A DNA stretch of 64,000 bases from Gnetum montanum (Eukaryota > Plantae > Gnetophyta): assembly GCA_015680685.1 (NCBI GenBank), contig MNCI01001153.1, positions 62,001-126,000 on the forward strand, read 5' to 3'. The position numbers and the translations under genes are program-made. Below are positions 53,701 through 64,000 of this stretch, one piece after another; position 1 is the stretch's first letter, and each line of letters starts with the position of its first letter. A model generated the notes under the pieces. It searched no databases, was not told where the DNA came from, and worked only from the letters and a program-made list of their open reading frames with translations.

Positions 53701-54850
53701 AAGTGGATCTACATGCCTGAGGTCTAGAGGGTTCTTATTATCAATTTTGAGCTCATTTTAAGGCTTTTTTGGCCCTATTTTAGTTGATGACATTGATCCT
53801 TACGCTGCTGGAAGCATCTCAACGTGACTAATAGAAAATGACCTAAAAATAGTGCATTTTGAACCCATTTTTGACTTGTGAGATCCATTTTTAGAGTTGA
53901 TCTGAATGCCATGGGTCATGAGGGTTTTTTGTGCCAAATTTGGGCTGATTTGGATGTTTGTTTGGCCCTATTTTGGTTGATGACATTGATCCTTACGTTG
54001 TTGGAAGCATGTTAGCATGACTAACAGCAAATGACCTAAAAATAGTGCATTTTGAACCATATTTTAACCTTTGAGACCCATTTTCAGAGTGGATCTCCAT
54101 GCCATGGGTCATGAGGGTTTTTTGTGCCAACTTTGGGCTGATTTGGATGTCTTTTTGACCCTATTTTCATTGATGATGCTGAGCCTTACGCTGTGCAGCG
54201 TCTGAAAAGTAACCCCAGCGTCACCAAGTCAAAATGCCACATTTCCAAAAATTTTGATTTTTTGGAGGCCAGGAGCTATTGAGGACCTTGGTGAAGATCA
54301 TGGGAGGTCCCTATGCTCAATTTCATCCTATTTTGACTTAGTTTTGGGGCTCCAAAAGTTGGTGACACTGAGCCTTACGCTGTGCAACATAAGAAAATGT
54401 AACCAAAGTGTGCTTAGCCAAAACCAAGCATTTTGAGCCCAAAACATTTGATTCTGAATGCTGGAACTTGATGTAGCTACCTGTGGGCCCTAGGGGGACC
54501 CTACCTATTGGATCATGGACCATCGGGGGTTGTTTTAGAGACCTCTAAGTTTGTTCATGTTGTATTCATGCTTGGGTGGCTACATGACTTATCTTGAATC
54601 TTGTCTGAAAGTGCTAGGCCAAAATTTTTGTGGTGTTTTCAATTGGAATAGATGAAGAAGATTATTGAATGGAGATAGTCCTAGGGAAGTTACATATCTT
54701 CTTGGCTACCTCATCAGATGCTTGAATCTTTGGATTTTTTTTGCTATGTTTCTTCATCATGGTTGCACAATATTAAGAAGGCTTGGAAACTGAGGGAGTT
54801 GAAGCTTCCATACTAGGAGAAGATCTAAACCTTCAACATTGAAGATGGAT
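47771..54850 (-). pseudogene. Antisense multi-exon accessory gene of element B (homolog of 4183-8490)
   Basis: ORF 49949-50494 and its readthrough align with element A 5633-6430; 48020-48290 aligns with 7996-8295; minus-strand donor motifs at ~48897, ~49125, ~49465, ~52680; extent above ~51330 is tentative. Confidence 0.7.
52689..54641 (-). mobile_element. Solo LTR related to the element A LTR, inserted in element B
   Basis: tgtaccatccgaa .. gtggtgttttca; near-TSD cttgg/attgg; retains CpGs unlike its flanks; internal 25 bp x4 repeat (53544-53640) and ~192 bp x3 repeat (53660-54200). Confidence 0.85.
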
Positions 54851-55149
54851 GATTCTTACTACTACAACTTGTGCTAAGTCTCTCCTCCAATGGGTTGGAT
54901 ATTAGAATGATGATTTATTATGAGTTTTTTCAAGATTTGACAATAAAAACCAAACAAACTTAACGTTTCCATTCTAAACCCCTTGTGCTAATTCTATGTG
55001 TTAGAACTCAACATGCATTGATGTCCAGGGGGGGAAGTATCCTCCATGCTAGGAGTAGAAGAGGAAATAGAAATTATACTTGTTTTTCTTAATTTTTAAG
55101 TTTTTAATCCATGGGCCTTGCCCCTATACATGATGCTTTTGGATTTCAA

Positions 55150-58100
55150 ACTTCATCAACACTAGGGTTTTGATCCCTTGGACACTTAGAAACATCTTCA
55201 AGTCTTAACCCCCATGCATCCACACTAAGGATACCATGACCAACATGGATACATGCCTTCCATCTCTTAAAACCATTAAATCCAAACTTTCTTGCCATTT
55301 TTGGTAGCTACAACTTACCTCATCCAACCTTGGATGTTGAAAGGAGGTTAGATCTTACCAAAACTGGACATCTTGGGCTTCCACACTCGGGAAACCATTC
55401 CTAGCATGGAATAATGGGATAGCATCCATTCTTGCTCCCTAGTGCCCATTATGCCTAGATCTAATTCACAAAGTAGGCCCACAAGACCTAGAACCCCTCC
55501 AACCACCTCTGATAGCCCTAAAACCTTGGAAAATGTAGACAAAAGTGGTCAAAACCTTTGGATATGATGCACTTGATGCTGGGGGAGGTCTCATCCATAC
55601 TAAGCATCCTATCCTAAGTATGTATGGATGGGGGTTGGCTAAAACCATCAAAATCAACTACCTAGTTACCATATTTTGACCTCTATACTCCCATATAGCC
55701 TCTGATAGCCTAGTTTTGCATTGAAACAAGTTGATTTTCAATCTTACATCTCACCCCACATTGGTGAACCTTCTCTCCACATTGCCCAACATGGAGGCTC
55801 AAGAAGTATAATATAAAACCCTTTTCCAAGCTCCAAATTATCATATTTTTCACCTTAATAGCCTTAGTATCCCTCAATGACCTTCGGTATTCGATAATCT
55901 CCAAAATTTGAGTCAATTCTGGTACCTCAAGACTTCTCAAATTTGAGAACCCCATCTTCCATGTTGGCTAGTGTGGAGCCAACATGGATGCATTACGGGA
56001 TGCCATAAAAATAATTTCTATGATCTAAAATAGCCCTTTGACATACCCTAGTGATCTTTAGACCTTGCTAAAGCCTACGAGAACTTTTAGATGCCTTGGA
56101 ACTTGCCAAAAATACCAAAAAGAAATAATCCCCCTTCCTTCCATGCTAAACCCACCATTCCTAGTGTGGATGAAATGAGAATGGTTGCATGAACATCAAG
56201 GATCCTCAAAACCAAGAATTTTTTAGACTAAATCTTGTCTCTTATTCTCTGCAGCCACTAGTAGCTTTGAAACCCTATTGAAACTTGCCAAAAGCGATTC
56301 AAAAACTAACCCCTTAATCTTTCACACTAAGAACCCCCTATTTCATCCTAGCCAACATGGAGCTAGTGTGGAGAGAAGGGGGAATGGTTAAAACCTCCAA
56401 GTTTTGCCTTAGAATGGACTTTGGTTGACATCCAAACCTTCACAAGGACTTTGGTAGTAGAGATTTGACATAAATGGATCCTTTATATGATTTTCAAGGT
56501 CTTACATGTTGGTTCCATACTAGCCAATGTGAAGCTAGAATGGAACAAGGGGGTAAGCATATAAAATCATCTAAAACCCTTAGAAATTACCAAATTTTTG
56601 TATTAGGCTTTTGCTATTGATTCCTACAACCTTGGAAACATACTTGCATCATCAAAAATAGTCAAAAGTAGCTCAAAATCAATCCTTTTAGGTTATCCTA
56701 GTTCGTTCCATGCTAGCCAATATGGAGCTAAGGGGGTAAGATAAAAAACCATTTAAAACCCCTTAAAATTAATCAAGTTTGACCTTGGGTCTTAATTATC
56801 AATGCTAGCAACCTTGGAACTACACATACATAGCCAAAACTGATCTAAAATAGCCAAAAGATGATCCTCTCTAGTCTTCATAGTTGGTTCCATGCTAGCT
56901 ATTGTGAAGCCAGTGTGGAACTAGAAGGATCACTCAAAAACCCACCTAGGTAACCTCCAAATTGACTAGTTTAGACCTTAAACCCTACCTCTAGGTCCTT
57001 ATAGTCCTAGGAGTACACATGCATGGTTGATTGAGGTTAAAATTGGTCTAGATCTGAGATTTATGATTCTTCCATGCTAAGGACCCCCTCCTCCACTTTG
57101 GCCAGCATGGAGACTAAGGAGGGGATCATTTGGAGCTCACAAACACCTTGGAATAACATTAGATAACCTTGAATTCACCTTAGAACCATGTCAACATCCC
57201 CTAGACCCTTTAAACCTTAGGAAATTAATCAAACATAATCAAATGTTAATCCCTCTTCATCTTCCTTGTTGGTTCCATGTTGAGCAATGTGGAGCTAGCA
57301 TGGAACTAAGGGATTAACCTTTAAAACCCCTTAGAAATCTTCAAAACTACCAAACCTTCACTCTAGAGCCTTATTGACAATTCCAAGAGTTACTAAACCT
57401 CATGAAACATATTGAGATAGCCAAAAAATAACACCCCAAGGTCTTCCATGCTATCTAGGATGGAGCTAAATTTTGGCTCTAAACCATAGTGTTTGACATC
57501 GGCAAACTTGGTAAGTGACATGCATGATCAAATTTCATCAAAACTAGCCTAGATCTAAACCTTTTGATTCCTCCATCCTAAGCACCTTATCCTCCATTTT
57601 GGCCAACATGGATCTAGCATGAAGGGCCTACCTTTTGATCTCATACAACATATTGAAACTCTGAGAGAAAAATAATCTATGCTAGGAAAGCCTAAGACCT
57701 CATAAACTAAATATTACACATATTTGGCCTTGTTTTGATCCTCAAATCCCATAAAATTCCTTCTTCCATGTTGGAGAAATCCCTCCCTCAATATGGATGA
57801 AGGGGGTGTGACCTTTCATATCCTTATACACCCTTCAAGCATGACAAAAAATAGCTAGAAACTTGGAAAATCATAACTTATAGTCTAAGAAGCCTAGAAA
57901 CCCAATCGATGGGCTTCCAAATCATTCCAAAACCATAGAACAAGTGCACCCTCATTCTTCCATGCTAGGGCCACCATGCCTAGTGTGGAAAAATGGGAAA
58001 GGAAATTTCAACTTATTTTGACACTTGAAACTGACTAATATGACCTGAAAACAAAGTTGGAGGATGCACAACTCCTAGATCTCTATTAGAGCTACTATTT

Positions 58101-58250
58101 TAACCTTGTTTGATCCTATTTTGGCTTCAATTTTGATTCTCCATGCTAATAACCCCCATCCTCTACTTTGGCCAACATGGAAATAGGGGCACCCAATGTG
58201 GAAGCCTCAAAACTCTTGATTTTTAAGTCCAAATGACCCAAAAATAGCCT
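55150..58250. repeat. ~180-195 bp-period array with a decayed 20 bp palindrome
   Basis: Copies at 55958, 56514, 56707, 56889, 57092, 57274 and others; inferred ancestor TCCACGCTGGCCAGCGTGGA. Confidence 0.8.
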
Positions 58251-58855
58251 TGATTAATGTCCAAACTTACCTAGCCACCTTGTTGCCCTAAAACATGGTC
58301 CACTAAGGCCTAAAATTGGAAAAACATAACCATTTTAGACATATATTAACCACGTTTCATCATATGTACATTGTTCTTCTTAATTTGGCCTTATTACATG
58401 ATGTTTTAACTTTTTTTGACCTTATGTTGCATTGTTAACCCTTTGGACCTAGTATGACCTTTACATAGTCTTATATCTTCTTTATTTGCCTAATTATAGA
58501 ATTTTTTAGCCTTTTATTAGTGTCAAATAGTGGGGTTTGACCTTCCCTAGCCACCATATGACACCATATGACCATGGCCCACTATGGACTTATACTAGCA
58601 TCATAGTTTGCTAGGACTATAAACTAGCATTGTGGCCTACTGTCTCCTTAACTGGCAAGTCCATAGCTTATTTTTGACCTTATTTCACTTAATTTGATCT
58701 TTCTTATCATATGTTTAGCCATCATGCCATTATATCTACCTATCTCTACCTTTTTATAGCCTTATAAAGCCTTATTTGCATGCTGTTTACATTAGAATAG
58801 CATGTATTTGCATAATTTTAGAGCATTTTAGCATTGTTTATTCACTTTTACCTAG

Positions 58856-60390
58856 GTTCCACTTAATATGACTTTGGTTGACATGCAAGATCAAAGTATG
58901 AGTAGTTGAAAGTATATCATTTTGCCTTTGTGCCTACATGGACCCCATGGCAATGTAGAATGGTATAACAAACCTAATTGCCTAGATCTTAAGCTTGAGA
59001 GTCCTATTGATTGCATAGCCTCAACAAAGAAACCTCTAGAATGGCTTGAAAACCTATTCAAAACCATTGACATAGAGGTAGGCAACATAACTAAAGACTC
59101 TCTAGTTGAGGTTCTTATCATGACACATAGTGATGAGGAGAAAACCCTTAAACTAAATTCCTCACTAGAACTACAATAGTTTCAAGACATTAGCAAGGTC
59201 CTATAAGGAAATACTAAGGCCTTTGCCTAGTTGTATGAAGATATGTGAGGCCCAGACCCATGAATAGTATAATAAAACATCATAATTGATCCTAGCATTA
59301 GACAAATTAATAAAAAAGTGCATAAAATTAGACTTGATATGGCCTTGGCAATTCACGATGAGATTTCAAAGCTCTAACAAGCTTGTTTCATTAGGGATAT
59401 TGATTACTCAAAATGGTTGTCCAACATAGTGATAGTCCCTAAGAAAAATTGAAATATCCATATTTGCATCAATTTCTGAGACCTAAATAAAGTGACTATC
59501 AAAGATGACTTCCCTTTATCTAGTATTAATCAACTTATTGATACCATAAATGAACATGCCTTGTTATCCTTTATGAATGGATTCTTGAGATATAACCAGA
59601 TTAGTATCAACTTGGAGCATCAACTTTGCACAATCTTGATGACCCCTTGGGGTACCTTATGATGTACTATGATGTCCTTTGATCTTAAGAGTCCAGGAGC
59701 AACCTACCATAGAGCCATAACCTATATTTTCAATGATTACATGTTAGATTTGCGCAACAATTATGTAGACGGTATAGTTGTTAAGTCCAAAGTGGCCAAT
59801 GACCTTGCTAATGACCTAGATCTTGTGCTTAAGTGATGCCTTAAGTATGAGCTTAGGCTCAATCCTAAGAAATGTGTCTTTAGTGTTAAGACTAGTAAGA
59901 TGCTTGGCTTTGTTGTATCTAAAGTAGAGATACATATCAATCTTAATAAGGGTAAGGTCATATCCAAATTAGCAACACTTACCAACTATAAGGAGATTTA
60001 GGGATTACTAGGTATATTATAGTTTATGCATAGGTTTATTGCTAGGCTCATGGATAAGTTACAACCTATGAAACACTTACTTGAAAAAGGGTTGCACTAT
60101 TAGTGAATGGCTTAATGCCAAGAGGCTTTTCAAAACCTTAAGTATGAGTTAGCACAACTACCAAAAGTGTATCCTCTGTAAGAGGGTAAACTATTTTACA
60201 TCTACTCACCCTCTCTAGCACATCCATTGCCTCTCTACTCTATCAAAAACATGATGATGTAGCAAAGATGCCAATATACTATCTTAGCCACACGTTAGAT
60301 TCTCATAAGACCCAATACACTGAAGTGGAGAAGTATTATTTAGCACTATTATTCTCATTAAAGAAGTGGAGACACTACCTCTTTAGTAGA
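58856..60390 (+). pseudogene. RT and N-terminal RNase H of element B
   Basis: PLCLHGPHGNVEW (vs element A PLVINGLHGSIQW), TIKDDFPL, YNQI, TPWG, YVDG, LRLNPKKCVF, EVEK..LALLFSLKKWRHYL. Confidence 0.9.
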
Positions 60391-60601
60391 TGATGAGTGG
60401 CAAGGTACCCCTACACTCAACCATACAAATATGAGCGTTACACATGTGATCCAGTTGAACTTCGTAGACTAAGTGCCTACACACCTTATGGAACACTTAA
60501 GGTTAATCATTCATTATCTTCCTAGACTTACTTGTAGTTGTCATGGTTGTATGGTTAAGTAAGTATGAGGTATATGATTTTTATGTATTTTCTGTTTTAT
60601 C

Positions 60602-60758
60602 NNNNNNNNNNNNNNNNNNNNNNNNNNNNNNNNNNNNNNNNNNNNNNNNNNNNNNNNNNNNNNNNNNNNNNNNNNNNNNNNNNNNNNNNNNNNNNNNNTG
60701 CGTTACACTTGGTGATCCCAACAATGATTAGTGTTTGGTAACCAAGNNNNNNNNNNNN
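60602..60758. other. Assembly gaps (N runs 60602-60698 and 60747-60758; another at 34923-34927)
   Basis: Runs of n. Confidence 1.
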
Positions 60759-62994
60759 ACTGAGGCACTTAACTAGGAGAGAAGGGTTGAGAGAGATTTA
60801 ATTAACTAAGAAATAAATTAAATGATGAATAATAAATGATAGTAAATAAAGTCCTAATTAGACTATTCCATGCACTACAAGCCTTATCCAAGAGGTTCGC
60901 CTTTATTTCCGTACACAAACTTGTGTTCAAGTACAATATTTGTTCGAATAAAGATCCATTCACTTTGGAGTTCCTACTATGGGCACATGGAAATTAATCT
61001 ATCTCTAGAGAGGTAAAACTGCTAGATTTTTGCTAAGGTCTAAGCCTAGGATAAGAAATAAGGAAGAGTTGCCTCTTATTTATAGACTTGGCAACACACT
61101 GCGATATCGTGTACGCGATATCATGGGGGAAGACATTATATCATGGCCCATGTGATATTGCTTCCCATTATACTCCCATGACTAAATGAAAATGTGTCCT
61201 CGAGTTCCTTACAAAATATTAAGAAGATATGTTATTATTGACTCAAATGGAACTAATGGGATGACATGTGAATGGATCATCATTACAAGACAAGACAAAA
61301 CTGGTGTTCATGACAACAAGAGTGAACACCTTTCACATTTGACATCAGGCCTTAGTTGGCAGTTCAGAAAGAGAGAGAGAAAGAAGTCTACTGCTGCCAA
61401 TGCCAAGATTGCACTTTCATTGTCCATCCATAAGCGCACCATCAATATTACTCCTTGCATAGCTATTTCAGCACGATCCATCACAAATGCTCCCTCCAGA
61501 TCCACTCCATTGTTGTATGTTTGCCATCTGCAAACACAACACAGTCTTATATTAGCAAGGGTAAATGATTCATAATGCAATTGATACCTTGCTTCGGTGA
61601 AAGGTCCATTGGCTCAGTTGTGGTATGGCTGATATGGATCTAGAGATATGATAGTGGTGACTACCGACGATATAGGGGCTAGGAGAAAATTGAAAAAATT
61701 GGGCCCCTTACCCCCATGACTAATCACAAACCTCCGATAGTGAGAGAATGAAGGAAAACAAAAGGAGCAAGGAAGATGGAGAAAAAGAGACAACTGTAAT
61801 GATGGTGAAGTGGATGTCAAGATGGAAATGAACAAAATAGAGTGGATTGAAAAAATGTTAGGGGAAAGAAGTTAACTGGTGCATCAAATAGGAATGTCAG
61901 TGGGTCCTCCCCAAAGCAGGCTCATGCCCTTAATGCCCTGACAAACCCACATTCAAGGAGTTCATAGGCTCTAGGAATGTCATTTGGAATAAGAGTTAAA
62001 GTCTTAACCACAAGAATTTATCAAAAAGAAAACAATGCATGAACCAAAATATACACTAATGATATAATTGGCAATGAGGTTAACAATGGAAAGGAGAGAA
62101 TGGAATGGAATCTTAAGAACAAGGTTGTGAATAGCCCCTTGTGTGTGTCATGATTAATGTGACTTGGTAACTCTCATTCCAAATCCAGCCTCAAACCAAC
62201 CACATCTAGTGACTTCACATTAATGCATTCAACCAATCCATCCTCTTGAATAATGAGAATGCATCTTTCAAAGAGCCACCACCATTCCAATGAAACAAAG
62301 GAGGAGAGAATGGGAAGTGAGAAGGGCCTTAGTTAGAGGGAACATTTTTAGTTCCATAACCAGTGCTTGTAGCCCAAATGATTATTTCATCTAAGGGGTG
62401 TGCTTTGAATTCTCACTTTTCTTTTTCTTCTTATTCTTCTTTTTTTTCTTTTTTTCTCTTTTTTTTAATATGTTTATGCATGAAAACCACACCATGCAAA
62501 GACTTTGTTATTTTTATTTCCTTAGCTTCCCAATAAGTGGGTAACGTCGAAACGGTAAGAAAACTCAAGAAGAAAACATCCAAGAACCCAAGAGAATAGC
62601 CAACAAAAATGCATCAAGTTCCATTGAAGTCACACCCTTTTTAATCCTTGAGTCCTTCCTTAGTTTGAGAAATTCCCATTCACTGGTTCATTATAGTTCT
62701 TATTAGAAAGGGACTGTACTTTTCCAAGCCAAGAGAGGCCATAGAAACTTGTGGATGAATGGATGAAGTGGACTCATTGCCTATCATATCAAAAGAGACA
62801 TACCTTAGTATCAACATCATAACTTAAAGGTAAAAATCAAACATTAGTAATCAAATAGAAAAATAGTTCATACCATCATGAAGAACACTTATTAGGTGAC
62901 AAACTTATAGGATGGATAAAACACACACACACACTCAGACATAAAGAAATTAAAAAGTATAACAATGTTGTAAAGAAAATAAGAAAAGTTGAAG

Positions 62995-63172
62995 AAATTT
63001 GTAAAAGAAATGTGTAAAACAAAAACATGTAAAACAAAAATGTGTAAGATAAAAATGTGTAAAACAAAATCCTGTAAAACAAAATATGTAAAAAAAAAAT
63101 GTAAGATAAAAATGTGAAACAAAATCGTGTAAGACAAAAATTTGTAAAACAAAAATGTGTAAGACAAAAACT
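62995..63172. repeat. A-rich ~15 bp tandem repeat
   Basis: tgtaaaacaaaaatg / tgtaagataaaaatg units. Confidence 0.85.
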
Positions 63173-63388
63173 AACAAGATCTGAGGGCCTCCAATGATTA
63201 GCATAGGTGGCCATCTCCCCCATGACTGAATAGAAAGGGAGAGATCCAAAATAATGATCACCTGGCTGAATTTCTCAAAAGTATCTAGCTTCTCCCAATT
63301 GATGTTTTCAGGTTTAGGGATGGAAGTTGGTGACGCTCATATTACAATGTGTCTATGCCTTCGTTACGAGCATGGGTTGTTTCCGTAT

Positions 63389-64000
63389 TCATTCCATGCA
63401 TGTTGATGGGTTACTCTTTCTAGTAGCTATTAACCACAGGGTGTCCACTACTTGTGTGGTTGCTACATACAGGCACCGTTGAATTTGAGTCTCTTGGGCA
63501 CACCGGTTACATGGAAGAGATGCTGAGCATTCCTCCATGTCATCACCCTCTGAGTCACTATATGTGATGCATGGAACTTTCTTCTTCTTGATCTTTCCAT
63601 AAATCTTTACCTTAGATATCTTTAAGGAAAGATCGTGGATCCCTAGACATGCATCTACTATACTTAGCCATGCCCTTCCCATTATAATTGGGAAGCCCCT
63701 GTTGTTAGTATTAACTTCTATCACCATCAAATTGGCTAGGTATGACCAACCACACACAGTGGTAACAATGGCCTCCACCAATTCTAAGGGAATGGTGATG
63801 GAATGGTCAGCTAGCTCAAGTTGAATATTGCTCTTCATAAGTTGGGACAAGTTCCAGGCTTGATGCATTTTTTGTGATATTAAGTTGACTCCGGAACTTG
63901 AGTCAAGAAGAGCCTTATGTGGTTCATTCCTGGTGACATGGAGGTAGATTAAGGGACTTCCATGATTAGGGAGTTTTTTGGGAAGGTGGCCTACCTTGAT
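63389..64000 (-). pseudogene. Athila-type aspartic protease
   Basis: HKALLDSSSGVNL at ~63880-63920; QLELADHS and PIIMGRAWL in ORF 63389-63868. Confidence 0.85.

Larger units (their letters stand above)
42569..60390 (+). mobile_element. Tat-clade Ty3/Gypsy element B, same architecture as element A, older, interrupted at 60391
   Basis: LTR-PBS-gag-(deletion)-PR-(~12 kb insert)-RT-RH; gag, PR and RT peptides align with element A. Confidence 0.9.
60391..64000 (-). mobile_element. Younger Athila-like element (3' LTR, 3' region, protease) inserted into RNase H of element B; continues beyond the window
   Basis: LTR 60391-61170 homologous to the 27142/31890 LTRs; PPT tactcccatg at 61171-61180; no RT or INT between PR and the LTR. 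Confidence 0.8.

Noticed and set aside
62876-63261. Three overlapping F/L/C-rich ORFs
   Set aside because: Translation artefacts of the A-rich 15 bp repeat

Overview
This 64 kb window is a gene-free, deeply nested graveyard of plant Ty3/Gypsy LTR retrotransposons with heavy CG/CHG C->T decay. I see no host gene, RNA gene or CRISPR array. It holds two long Tat-clade elements: element A (1-15641, minus; PR-RT-RH-aRH-INT order, tRNA-Asn-type PBS) and element B (~42569-60390, plus; older, cut inside RNase H). It also holds a pol-less chromovirus/CRM-like element (18150-22686), several Athila-like elements and LTRs (23416-24352, 27142-32887, 60391-64000) and solo or partial Tat LTRs. The main finding is that both Tat elements have a 6-12 kb interruption between protease and reverse transcriptase. 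This interruption carries a multi-exon gene on the opposite strand, clearly homologous between A and B at the protein level. The non-coding regions of these elements carry arrays of a family-variant CAGCGT/ACGCTG motif, in places as 20-26 bp palindromes spaced ~190 bp apart. The arrangement suggests (inference only) a retrotransposon-encoded regulator plus cognate binding arrays, analogous to VANC/VANDAL anti-silencing. Two LTRs also carry the same PPT-containing hairpin extension at their U3 end. All alignments were made by eye, and boundaries of the old elements are approximate.
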